From Azolla caroliniana (lineage: Eukaryota > Plantae > Polypodiophyta), in assembly GCA_043228905.1 (NCBI GenBank), contig JBHGNT010000014.1, positions 1,736,001 to 1,800,000 of the forward strand: a stretch of DNA of 64,000 nt, in the 5' to 3' direction. Under the pieces are notes generated by a model. That model had not been told where the DNA came from. It made no database searches and worked only from the letters and a program-made list of their open reading frames with translations. The position numbers and the translations under genes were made by a program. Shown here piece after piece: positions 23,874 through 36,499 of the stretch; within the stretch, counting starts at the first letter, position 1, and each line of letters opens with the position of its first letter.

Positions 23874-26800
23874 ATGCCGTACCCATACCCACAATACACC
23901 GACGGACCAGACGCGGAGTCACACATCCGTGCCTTCATATCCACGTGGTAGGCCAACCACTCAACGCACCGCCTCACGCCGGCCGAAATCGATGCCTCAA
24001 AGATTGCCGAGTTCACACTCTCCCTCGATGGATCGGCCGCACGATGGTACTCTCGCCTCAAAATAGGCGAGGCCACCACTTTCCAAATCGTGCGCAGAAA
24101 GTTCCTTGAACTTTTTCATCGCGAGGTGCCTAAACGGGAACTGCTCCGGCAATTCTTCTCTATATGCCAGGAACCGCACGAAACGGTCGCGCAGTTCACA
24201 ATCCGGTTCCAAGATCTCTACAGACAAGTGGACGATGATGTCTCGGCACAACATATACTGGACACTTTCCTGTCCAGTTTACGAGAGCCTCTCCGAACGA
24301 CTCTCGCACTTACAAATTTTGCCAACCATACTATCGAACAAGTCGTAGCGCGGGTTCTCACCCTCAATCGGACCTAGCACGGCGCGGCCTTCTCGATGAC
24401 ATCCTTACAAAACGCTCTTCCCCAAGAGGACAATCACTTTCGCCAAGCTCTCCAATGCACAACATGTTCAGGATTAGGGCACCTGGCCCTCGAATGTCCC
24501 CACCGACCACAGTGTCCGATCTGTCACTCTCGAGCTCACACTGTCGAGCAGTGCGAATATAATATGCTGAACCGCACAACGGCGGCACCGGTCCGCCAGA
24601 TCGAGCCACGAAATACATACTCTCGGCAGGACGAGCGATATGTCTATTGAGACCAGGATAACGACCGATCGCGATCCCCGGATCAACGGCGCCGAGACGA
24701 CGACTACTGACGTGATGACCGCCATGATCACTATCGCGATGACCGGCACGACGATTATGCTCGATATGATGACGATCGCGATGACCGGTATGACCGACGA
24801 AACTCACGCATTGATCGCAGAAATGGCAACCGCAACACACGCAACAATAGAAGACCTAACGATAACCGCCGACGGGACGCTCCTCAAAATGACCAGCGCA
24901 ACTCCAACGCACCTCGGAACAACCCACCACCAAACGAGACTGGGAATCAACAACAACAGCTTCCACACACAGACCGAGCGGACACCAGCAGCTCGGCCAA
25001 CGTTACATGTTTTAAATGTAACCAACCAAGCCACTACGCCACGCAATGTCCAACAACCGATCGTGGCAAGGCACCCGCGGTGAACAGTATCATGGCCGAT
25101 GTTCAAACCGTCACTACCCGGAGTAAAGCGCAGACTACACAGTGGCAAATCCAAGATGAAGTCTGTCAGGCAGCAAAAGAATGGATCGACACAGCCAATA
25201 AAAATAATGTCGTGCGCATGCAAACTGACATGAGAGACGGGCCCAGTGAAGCACCACAAACCTCGGTACCATCCACGTCGTCGGAGGACGACCAACTATG
25301 GGATGTTCTTACCAACTCCTGCATCTCGCTGCCCCTACATAAACTGTTACCACTCATGCCAAGATTTCGGGACAGCCTGGCGGCACTCCAGGCCAATACT
25401 AAGCCCGTGACGCCACCGATACACCTCACCGAAGCAAGAACCGGTCCACCACTCATGGATTCTCAAAACCCAGCCATGCGAATCATCATTAAGGGACAAG
25501 ACCTGCACGGATGCATCATCAATGGCGGATCCGGCGTAAACGTTATTAACGAGTCAACGTGTCACAACCTCGGCCTGAATCAATGGGAACCATGCCCCTT
25601 TTGGCTTCGAATGGCCGACACCCGCTCCGTTTGCCCCATTGGTTTAATCCTCCATCTCGACTTCACACTCGGAGGCCACATGTTCACGATCTCGGCCGTC
25701 GTGCTAAGACTGGAGACACAAGGTGCCTACCCAATGTTACTAGGTCGACCATGGTTGCGTACAGCGAATATCAAGCAACATTGGCAATGCAACATGATCT
25801 CGTTCCGAAGAGGCAAGACAAAATTCTGAATCATCACTGAAGAACGAGTCCACATCGCCCTCAACACTTCGCCGTTATACGCGGAAGGGGTCCATATGCT
25901 TGACGGTTTGGCCGATGAGGAGGTCGATGACTTCCTAGATGATCATCACACGATCATCCCTCTCTTCGAAATCAATGCCTTACCAACCATCGAGCCACCT
26001 AAAGACGAGGAAGTCACGGAGGACTCTCCACCCCAAGATGAACCAGATCCAACCACAGTTGCCGAGCTACGCCATGCTCGGGAGGCTTTCGAACGCGAAC
26101 TCGCCATTTCACAACGAGTCAAAGCATCAACCCTGGAAACAATAAACCTCGGCTCGGACGAGAATCCCCGTACGTTACAAATTGCCAATAATCTACCAAC
26201 TGGAGAACGGGCATGCCTCGTACGATTGCTCACCGACTACCAGGATGTTTTCGCTTGGTCTTACACCGATATGAAGGGGTTGGATCCTTAATACTACCAA
26301 CATCAAATTCACATCTTACCCGACACTCGGCCGGTTCAGCAGAGGCACTATAGGATGAACCCCAACTACGCCGCTAAAGTCAAAGAGGAAATCGACAAAC
26401 TACTCCGAGTGGGCTTCATTCGCCCTGTTAAACGGGCCACGTGGTTGAGCCCGATCGTAGTGATCCCAAAGAAGAACGGAAAAATCCGCGTCTGCGTCGA
26501 CTATTGGAAGCTTAACGCGGCAACAATCATCGACGGTTTCCCTCTCCCATTCACGGACAACGTCCTCGACACGGTAGCCGGCCACGAATGCTACAGTTTC
26601 CTCAACGGGTTCAGCGGCTATAACCAGATAAGAATGCACCCGGAGGATAAGGAGAAAACCGCTTTCGTCACGAAATGGGGTGTTTTTGTAGCAGAAGTAA
26701 TGATGTTCGGTCTAAAAACGGCGTCGGCTACGTTCCAGCGCATCATCACCGAAATCTTTCATGACTACATCCCGGCGTTCATGCAAGTCTTTCTCGACGA

Positions 26801-29010
26801 TTTCGCCGTGTATGGCCATCGACAGGAACACATGACCCAGTTACGACTCTGCCTGGACCGATGTCGCTAAGCTCGATTGAGCTTAAACCCGGCGAAATGT
26901 GCGTTCTTAGTCACCAGTGGCAACCTTCTTGGCCACATTGTCAGTCAAGAAGGCATCGCTATGGACCCGGATAAAGTAAAGGCAATCCTGACCGCCACCG
27001 CACCCTCGAACGCTAAGGCCCTAAGCCGATTTTTGGGACAGATCCGGTGGCACAACCGAATGATACGACACCTAGCCGATTTCGCGACACCTTTACACGG
27101 GGCAGTCCATCGCCTTCCCTTCCAATGGACGTCAATCGAGGACACGGCCTATCAGACCCTGAAACTAATGTTGTCACATGCCCCGGTGGTCCAGTCTCCG
27201 GTTTGGTCCGAACCGTTTCATGTCTTCGTAGATGCTTCGGACATTGCCATCGGAAGTGCCCTGATGCAATGCACACCCCCGAATTGGTATAGGCCCGTGT
27301 ACTACGCCAACCGACGGCTCTCGACCGCGGAAAAGAATTACTCCACCATCGAGCGGGAGGCCCTTGGTATGATTTATAGCATCAATAAATTTCTGGCATT
27401 ACCTCTTGGGCCGGAAATTTACCTTTCACGTGGATCACTCGGCCCTTCTTTATTTGGTCAATAAACAAGCCCTCACCGGACGGTTGGCTCAGTGGATGCT
27501 CCTACTCCAAGAGTTTGATTTCCAGATTCAGCATCGACCCGGGGTACAACATGTCGTCGCCGACTACTTGAGCCGTCTTGAGTCAGGGGAACCGGCGAAA
27601 ACAACGTACGATGAACTATCGGATGCCAGCCTATTTAACCTGACCACGATGCCAGACGATAACGAAGATGAATGGATCACGGAGCTGACCCATTTTCTCA
27701 CTACTAGTTTACCTCCCGAGCACATGCCCCTTGACACGAGAAAACGCCTAGCAGTGCGTAGCCGGAATTTTTGCCTCGTCTCGGACATTCTCTACCACAA
27801 AGGCTCGGACGGCATATGGCGCCGAACGATTCGGCAATTCGAGAAGACCGCCGTTCTTCAGGAGGCCCACCAAGGAGTAGCTGGGGGGCACTACGCCAGG
27901 GATTCCACGGCAAGGAAAGTTTGGCAAAGCGGATTGTGGTGGCCGACAACGAAGAGAGACGCTCACGAGTTTTGCCGGCAGTGCGATTTGTGCCAACGAC
28001 TGGGGCAACCAATGGAACAGTCACGCATGCCACACCAGCCGATTCTTCCGTTGGACCCATTTCAAAAATGGGGTTTGGATTTTGTAGGCCCTTTCAAACC
28101 ACCCGCGGCCCATACAGGGAATAGGTATATTATCTTTGCCACAGATTACGGCACCAAATGGGTCGAGGCTAAGGCACTCCGAGACAACACGACGGCATCC
28201 ACGGCTAAATTCGTGTACGAGCACCTCTGGTGCCATTACGGATGCCCAATCGAGCTCGTTAGTGACCAAGCTGGGCACTTCATCAATCATATAATACGTG
28301 AACTTACACACCACTACGCGGTGGTGCACAAGAAAAGCACATCATACTACCCGCAGGCGAACGGCTTGGTAGAATCGACCAATAAAATCCTCCAAACCAT
28401 ACTGAAGAAGATCGTTAATGAAAACAGGACCGATTGGGATGACAAACTCCAGAGCGCGCTGTGGGCGTATCGTACGACTTTCAAAACAAGCATCCAATCA
28501 ACCCCCTTTCGAATGGCGTTCGGGTTAGAAGCCGTAATGCCCGTCGAGTTCCAAGTCCCGAGCCTCCGTGTTCAAGTCAAAGCACGGCTCCCCGAGGCCC
28601 AATCTGAGCAATACCGGCTGGAACAACTCCTCAAACTTGGCGAAGACAGGATAGAGAGTATGGCCCAGCTCGAACAACGCCAACGACAATGCAAGGCTTT
28701 CGTGGATCGACATCGAAACGGGCTGGAAAAGGAGCTCACCATCGGCAAACCGGTTCTTCTTTTTCAAACACGACTCGGGTCTATGCCGGGAAAATTAAGA
28801 TTTCGGTGGACCAGTCCATTCTGGATTATCGACGAGTTCAACGGGACGTTCCAGCTCGGCACACTCGCCGGCGACACTGTCAAAAGCTGGGCCAATGGTT
28901 TCCGACTTCGACCATATCGAGGCACTACACCACCCAACCCGTTTACCGAGCCACACGGCACAAACGAGTTTCGGGAGACCACCACGGAGGAGGCCATGTG
29001 TCCCCCTTAA
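23874..29010 (+). pseudogene. gag-pol polyprotein of the gypsy element, disrupted by stops and frameshifts
   Basis: CCHC knuckles, protease CIINGGSGVN, RT (VFLDDF), RH (FVDAS...EREAL) and integrase (H..H...[15 protein letters not shown]). Confidence 0.9.
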
Positions 29011-29528
29011 TAAGGACTCACCCACCTTCTTGATATTAATAAAGTAGGTAGGATTAACCATAATTTAGCCACCGATTAGCTACACCTACACCACCCACCT
29101 AGGCACCCACAAATTTAGGAGCACCCCTCGCCACCTCTCATTTAGTACCTATTTAAGCACATGCAAAGCACTAGAAGCACCCCACTCACCTTCAGGACAC
29201 GTGGCGCTAGTCACTTATTATGGCACCCACGACTCAGAATCTTCAGGATTCACTTCGGGCACAAAACCCTAGGAGTAAGTTACTAAAATCGTTTCCAAAA
29301 CGCAACACAGACACAGAAGTTCATTATCGCTCCCAATCTCCATCGCTCTCAACCTCAGAAGCCCCTTCTCGCTCTCATCGCTCTAAACGCTCTTGCTCTC
29401 AAGCCCTCTTTTGCTCTCATAGCCCCTCTGCTGAACTTCCCCTTCCTGCTGTTCCTCCTCGGTCTCGCCCTCACCTCATCAATCTTCTTCACTCTTCCAC
29501 ACAGTCAAACCCCACCTCCATCTCCACC

Positions 29529-32500
29529 ATGCCTCTTACCGCTTCAACAGAAACCCGCGCCTGGCTCCAGGAACGGAGAATGGGCGGTTACCTGAAGATC
29601 ATCGATGCCCCCGCGCACCCAGATGCCCAAGGAGTGGCTAAACGTATTTGTCCCGAAGCCATCACCAACAACGTGCTTCGGGCTGTTTTGGACTTGCAAT
29701 GGGGAGGGGACCATGAGGTCGACATACCCCCGGCATCGAAGCTGAAAGAGTACTTCGGTGAGTACTCAGCCTCAGGGAAGGCATATCGCACGTATGGCGG
29801 TCCCAACAGAGCTTTCGGGGAGATTGCTCGTATATTGATGGAGTATGTGTTCGTGCATACGAACCCGACGAGCATGCCACAGAACAAGGCAGCTATCATC
29901 ATCAGTGCGTATGAAGGAAATAGAGTCGATTGGGGAATCATCACAGGCGAAGGACTCCGCGCCGCCTTAGCCTCATTCCAATCCGGTAAGAAGATGTTGT
30001 CTGTTCTTACCCACTTTTTGATGGTTCTATACCCACCCTCTTCTCTTCCTTCCCCTCGCACACTCACGTCCCCACCACCACCACGAAGGCAGAGAGAGAA
30101 ATTCGTTGCCATCAGCCACGAAGCATGGGAGGAGCCCACATCGCCTTCACCTCCTGCCGCCGACCAAACCCCGCATCTGCACCACCACCCACCCAACCCC
30201 AACAAAAAGGGCAGTTTCCGAGACCTGCCAAGAATGGGAGGAGGAGATAGCCACGGAGGACAACACGGCAGATGATGTCACCATTCGACAGCCAACGCCG
30301 CACCCCTCGGTAACTTCCCCAGGGCCAAGCCCACGCCCCAACACACAGCAGGCAACACCACCACGACCCCAGAAAAGGAAGCAAGCGGAGGAAATGACAC
30401 TACCGGCCCCGGAACCCCAAACCCAGCCGAGCAAGAGAAGATGACTCAATCGCGAGTCCTCGGCAGAACAGAAAGAGCCACAACAAGAGCAAGCCTTAGT
30501 TGTCAGCCAGAGCAACCTGGCCATCATCCGTGAGGAGGCATCGCTGAACCAGGGAAAGATCGAGCATGGGCAGACAATGCAGATCTCGGAGGATGAAGTC
30601 CTCGGGTATAAAGACCTCCCCGCGGAGGCTTATGAATTTAGTGCGCTCTTACGCCTCGGTACGACATTCGAGCTGGTCGACTTCCTCGCCAAAGCCCAAG
30701 TCACGACAACCGCTCGAATGGCGGAAGAGCACGCCGAAACAAAAATGATTCAACGCGCGTTATTAGGTGAAATTGAGCCCCAGGACGACAGGGCTTTACA
30801 AAAAATAGGGAGAAAGAAGCAGGCAAAACAGGCCGCTCTCCTCATGGAGGTCCCCGAGTTGAACACGGCCCTTATCGAGGCATATAGGGACCTGGATCGC
30901 ACTACGCGGGCAGCCAAAGACATGGCCCGAAAGATAAAAATAGCTCAAAAACAGGCTAAGGTGGCTACGGAATTATGGCAGGCTGCGAAACAGAAACTGG
31001 CAACCTGGGAGCAAAACCGACCGGAACAACTCTTGAGCCTTCCGGCCACGACCACCGAGGCCCTCCCAGCCCCTCCACGTATAACAATGATGGATGAAAG
31101 CACCGTCACGGATTCAATCCTGACGATCCAGGCCAGCACACAAACGGACTCGTTACAAATGGTCGATGCTTGCACAACAACCGAGGCGGCCACACCCATG
31201 GAGAAGACCGAGGTGGCAACCCAGACAGAACCCCCGCTCTGGGATTACCGAGCGGAGCTTAAAGAAGAACAACGGCGAACTGAGAGACACGAACAATGGC
31301 ATCAGGAGGTGATGGCTCGCCTAAAAGAAGAAGCTTCCAAGCAGATGGCCGAGATTAGAGCCCAGGCCGACCAAAGGATACACGAGCAGAACGAAGCACT
31401 GGGCCGGGTATAAGCGCAAGCCGCGGGCAAAGAAGCCGAACTCAAAAGCAAGCTGGAAGAATACGTGGCCACAATGGCAGAGAAAGAGGAGGTCCTAGAC
31501 CTACAGGCCGCGCTCGACAATGCGAAAGACTGGAACCACTGGCAAGAGGAAAAAAATCGCCAACGGGAGGAGAGAATGATCGCAGAGAATGCCGAGCTGT
31601 AGAGTCATCGTACGACCCTTAAAGAAATGGCTGACGAGTTTTTCATCAAATGCAAGCTACTTTCGGAGCAAAAAGACGAATTATCTGATTCCTACTTCGC
31701 CCTACAAGAAGAGAGAATCGTTGAACAGGAACAAGTCCGGGCCGCGTGTCAAAAAGAATGGGAGAAAGCTACCGAAGAACTCACCAAGCATTACGAGCAG
31801 TCTATCCAGCTCTTAACCACGGATGCAAAGAACACTCAAGCCACCTATGAGCTACTACCAAAGAAGCTTCACGCCGAGGTCAACGGCTTAAAACAGGAAT
31901 TAGCAGTCGTCCGAGCACAACGCGGCATGGATGAGACACGCATCAGAATACTAATCGAGAAACAGCGCCAGCACCTCACCAAAAAGGTCGAGGAAACATT
32001 AAGTCGTGTAGGAGACGAATGGGCAGCCCAAGCTGCCAAATTGCATATTTTACGCGCCGACGCCGAGAACTGACGGAAGGAGGGCCGCGGCTTTTACAAA
32101 ATGGACGAAGCCAGCATACAAAACCTGCGTGCAGATTTAACCGAGGATTACCAGTCCTTGGCAAAATCTCACACCGCGGCAATCGAGCAAATACTGGAGG
32201 ACTTCAATGACGGTTAGATGTTGTTTCGCCTAGAACCAGAAGCCTTTGAACGAGAACGACTCGCAGCCATCCCAACCAGCCCTCCAACGGCCACAGAGCA
32301 GAAGGAAGAACCTTCCAGCGAGGGGATCACGGACACGGCACAGGAGGAACTTGCCTCGGCCAACAGACCTCCCGAGGACGCCCACACGGTACCAGATCCA
32401 GTCGAAGTAGAGGTCAGCGCCCTCGAACCTACACCCCCACCAGAAGAATCGGTCGCACCTAAGGCGGACGCCCGAGAAGATATGACACCCCCGGACCAAA

Positions 32501-32589
32501 CTCAACCCCCTGCACCGACAGTCCAACCAGACCACCCTGCCACCACCCCGGACCCCGAAAACATCCTCGACATCTTAAAAGAGGAATGA
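29529..32589 (+). pseudogene. Extra ORF downstream of integrase (~1000 aa; globular N-domain, Pro-rich linker, coiled coil, acidic tail)
   Basis: ORF pieces 29220, 30106, 30577, 31627 and 32218 form one frame apart from one frameshift near 30200 and point stops. Homologous to 60096-62902. Confidence 0.8.
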
Positions 32590-32645
32590 AACGAGGATCA
32601 CGCCTAAAAGGCAATTTTTGTAATATTGCTAGTATTTTGTAGGTC

Positions 32646-32685
32646 GTGGGTCCGACGGACAAGGTCCTGTCCCACGGGCGTGCCA
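32646..32685 (+). other. tRNA-Arg-like T-arm/CCA motif at the PPT position
   Basis: GTGGGTCCGA-CGGACAAGGTCCT-GTCCCAC-GGGCGTGCCA, followed by GG and then the 3' LTR. Confidence 0.85.
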
Positions 32686-33802
32686 GGTGTTGTCCAGAGG
32701 ACAGAAATGTAAAATGAGGAAATTAGCAAACGTCGAGTCCGAGTATCACGGGCCACCGACGGCTCGGCTGTGTATTAGGGGAAACGTTATTTAAATGAGG
32801 ACTAGTACCTCAGAGCGGGGGGGAAAGAAAAATATAGGCGGAAGCACTAGCTTAGTCCATCGTAACTAGATAATCCTATAAGGTCATTGGCCGTAGGCCG
32901 TGTTCTGTAATCCTTTTTATGTCGCAGTAATATATCTGATTTGTGCCCATTTTGCTCCATGTGTCTGTGCTTTGGTTCATACCTATGATTTCAGCATCGC
33001 CCACGCCTATCAAGATCTCGCTAGTGTTTATCTCTGATCATTTTCTCCCTCACGACGCCTCTGTTATGAGCCTTCACGTACTACGCCCTTGAATACCGAT
33101 AGCCGTAGATCTATCGAAGGTGTTCACCCAAAGGAACGGGTAACATTGACGAAGATCCACACAGAGGAGAATGGGTCAGATATGTTGGCCAAGGTGCTGA
33201 TACCCGACAAGTTGGATGCATGCCGGAAGCGAATTGGACTAACCAAATATCCCATGCCGGAGTGAAGGGGGTTTTTTAGGTTTTCGGTCCCTCCAGATGG
33301 GATGATGAAGGCCCGGTGAGAACCTCTCACCGGATGAAGGGACATATATGTAAATATGTTCCAGAGAGCCCAATGGGGCTATATTTGTAAATAGCCCGAA
33401 AGTCATATTAGTATAAATATGACCTAGGGCAAACAATATAGTTGTTGGTCATGATTTTGTATAGAGTTATTGGTGTAACTACTATACAAAGCGTAACAGA
33501 GAGTGAGAGAGAGAGTGAGCGATACAGAGTGTGTCTTTGTTGTAACTGCCACTAGGCGAAGGTTGAGAGCAAGAGGTTGTTGCCTCTGTGCTCCTTGTTG
33601 TATTCCTTTGACATAGTGATAGTTTGGAGTTTGTGGGGTCCCGTCGTTTTTCCCTCTCAGGGTTTTCCACGTTAACATACTGTGTATTTTCTCTCTCATA
33701 TTGTTTGTGTATACGTGCATTTACCTTCTTTGCCCATTTCTTCTGTGGTTGTGATTCTAACGAAGTGATTGAAGTCTCGGTTGTGGCCGAGATATATTCC
33801 GC

Positions 33803-36490
33803 GTCATACAGTCCCCCCACAGGTAACCCAATGAGGGCTTGGACGGTGCCTTTGGAGATCCCATCGTGGTCGCCAAAACTGTGTTTATCCTGGGCCGGAC
33901 TAGCCACAAACACAGGGTGTCCTTCCGGATCACTTCACCAAAGGGGTGGTTACGGGTAGGATGTTAACCGGAACAAATATGATCCCGATCCGACTATTCC
34001 TGAGAGGTTATGGAATAGCAATATAACACTATTTGCTTAACACACTGTCGTGTTGTTACGCTTTTGCGTACGAAATAAGGCGGGACCGTGGGGGCCCTGA
34101 ACCGAGGAGCGTGAGAGATGAGAGGGAGAGAGTTTTGCAGAAAACATAGAGAGACAGAAACGAGAGAATCAATTCCAATAACAGTATAGATTATAGAGCT
34201 TGCAATGTTACAACCGGGAAGCCTGTGACAGACTCAACGCAGATGAACACACACACTAAAATAGGTAGTGGAGCCTCTACTGGAAGCACATGGGCTTTCA
34301 CGCAGCAGAGGCAACCAACTTAACCCAAAATCCTTGTAGAAGCAACAACGATGGTGGAGGAGAGAGCTCGGTTCCCAGTCTGACAACACTTCGTCCTCTC
34401 AAAAATGTGTGATCCCCACTCAGCCCCTTTTCCTCTCCTTTTATAGCACAAGGAGAGAGAGTCGTTACAAACTGTTAAATCACTGTTATTCTCTGTCCTT
34501 TCAGACAGAGATCCTCTTTGATTCCCTACTTAATGAATGCGTGCTACCTAGGATAATCATATCGCTGACCTGTACTTAACTATGTAATTACTTCAGGCAT
34601 GTGCCCGTGTGTAAGGACGGTTTTCTCCACGACATCCGGCCCCACCTAGCCGCGCATCCACCGGTATGTGCCAGAATAGACTTCTGCCAGAGAAGGCCGG
34701 CCCACGATTATCCTTCGCTCTCCGGTTCGCCACCCGCTCCGAACCGGTCATCGTGGCCATCCATGCTATCGGGGTCTGGTTCGTCCTTGTGCCACTTCTT
34801 GAACGCCTTGATCCTTTTCCCAGCTACCGGCACAACTATTCTCATTCCGTCGAGCTTTGTGAGGTGGTAGGTGTCGTTGTCGTTGGCGCTTGTCACCACG
34901 TAAGGCCCGAACCACCTCCTCGCAAACTTCCGCATTGCCTTGTGCTGTCGTAGACCAAAACCCAATCGCCTTCCTCGATTTTCTTTGGCCGCAGTCGGTG
35001 CGTCCGGTCAAACCGGCCTTTGCTCCTCTCCCTCACCGTATGCAGCTTCATTGTTGCTCGTTCTACGTCCTCTAGTCTTTGCTCGAGCTGTTGGATTCGC
35101 GCCGCTAACAGCTCCTCCCGGCTCATCTCATCTCTCCAGTCCACCGCGGCCCATGAGGAGATCGTTCGCTCTATTGGCATGATCGGCTTTTGCTCGTACA
35201 TCAGTTCCGCCGGCATGAACCCGATTACCGAACTATGCGTAGTTCGGTCTGCCCATAATGCATAGGGCAGGAGTCGCGGCCAATTCTCGACTTGGCCTCC
35301 ACAGGCCCGTACCAACACCTTTACGATTGGCCCGTGTCCGCATTCCACCTTCCCGTTTGCTTTCGGATTGTACGCCGTGGTGAGCGAGAGTTTAACTCCT
35401 AACCATTTAAACAGCTCTTTGGCCTCTTGTGCATCCAGTTCTCCACGGTATGCTACGATCTTCCCTACGCACCCGTACCGACATACCACCTCCTCGACTA
35501 GGAACCGGCACACGGCCGCGGTCGTCTTGTTTGGTAATGCTTGGCCCTCCACCTGGTTCATTAGATCCTCTTGTGCTAGCACCAGGTATCGCATCTGCCC
35601 TACCCCCACCGGCATCGTCACCAGATCCACCATCCACTTGAAGTGGACGGCCGGCGGTAAGTCGGGTGCAGCTCATCCCGATGTCGGACTATGGAATGCA
35701 TCTAACAGCTTTTGCAAGTCATCACGAACCGATGCACGTCCCGGTATAGTCCTGGCCGCCAGTACTTCTCCTTTAGCTTTTCGAACGTGGCCCATGTCCC
35801 CCGATGTTCGGCCCAAGGACTCTCGTGTTACCCCGTCAGCAATGCTTCTTGCTCCTCCTTCCTTGCTACCACCCAGAGTGGGATGCCGTCTCGCTTCTTC
35901 GGGTGCTTCCATATGCTTCCGTCCCGTAGAAAAAATCGGTACGCTTTCTTCCGGATCCGGTTAGCCTCTTCCTTCGTCCATGTTGCGTCTGGCACCATCG
36001 TCCTCAAGAACCCACCGATCTAGAGCCACTCCCCCTCGTACTTGCTCTCGTCAAACTCGTTAAGCACCGGGGTGCTCCCCCTTCTCGTCGTCACATAAGA
36101 TGTCTTGAAGAAGTCCACGCCGACTTCCTTGTCCTCCGAAACCATGCCGTTTTCGTCATCAAACCTTGCTCTTGAAAGCATGCCGGCCATGGTGTTATCT
36201 TTCCTGGACATGTGCCATATCTCCAGATTTAGGGACTTAATGTACGCTATCCACCTAAGCATTGCCAAGTCTGGCGTCGCGCATCTGGAAACCATACAGA
36301 GAATCGGTAAGCAGGGTTTCCAGTGCCATTTTGACTCCCCCTACTCGTGGAGGGTTTGGAACTGTTGTCGGCACTGTCTCGGTGCCTTTCATTTTGCTCT
36401 TGCCAGCCGCCTCCATCGCGTGCTGACGCACCTCATCCTCCACGCCCACGAGACCGGTTCGCTTCCGGGTACAACATCTTGTTGTCCGGT
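33803..36490 (-). mobile_element. Ty3/gypsy fragment of a different lineage: RH end, integrase, LTR (33882-34634) followed by a PBS
   Basis: RWIAYIKSL and VCRYGCVGKIV...TTAYNPKANGKVE, WADRTT; purine-rich AGGTGGGG before TGTCGTGG; the LTR end AAACA is followed by CAGTTTTGGCGACCAC. Confidence 0.85.
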
Positions 36491-36499
36491 TGAGTGATC

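Larger units (their letters stand above)
23093..33145 (+). mobile_element. Full-length non-chromoviral (Athila/Tat-related, no aRH) Ty3/gypsy element with extra 3' ORF; LTRs 23093-23550 and 32688-33145
   Basis: 458-bp TG...CA LTRs (~19 differences by eye), TSD TTGAC, PBS TGGCACGCCC at 23556, and domain order gag-PR-RT-RH-INT. Confidence 0.97.
20786..33802 (+). mobile_element. Second copy of the same copia family (INT-RT-RH 20786-23092, resuming at 33151, 3' LTR ~33274-33802), split by a nested gypsy
   Basis: Close paralog of 17595-20585. The RH coding sequence ...FVLT|KIHTEENGSD continues across the insertion. Confidence 0.9.
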
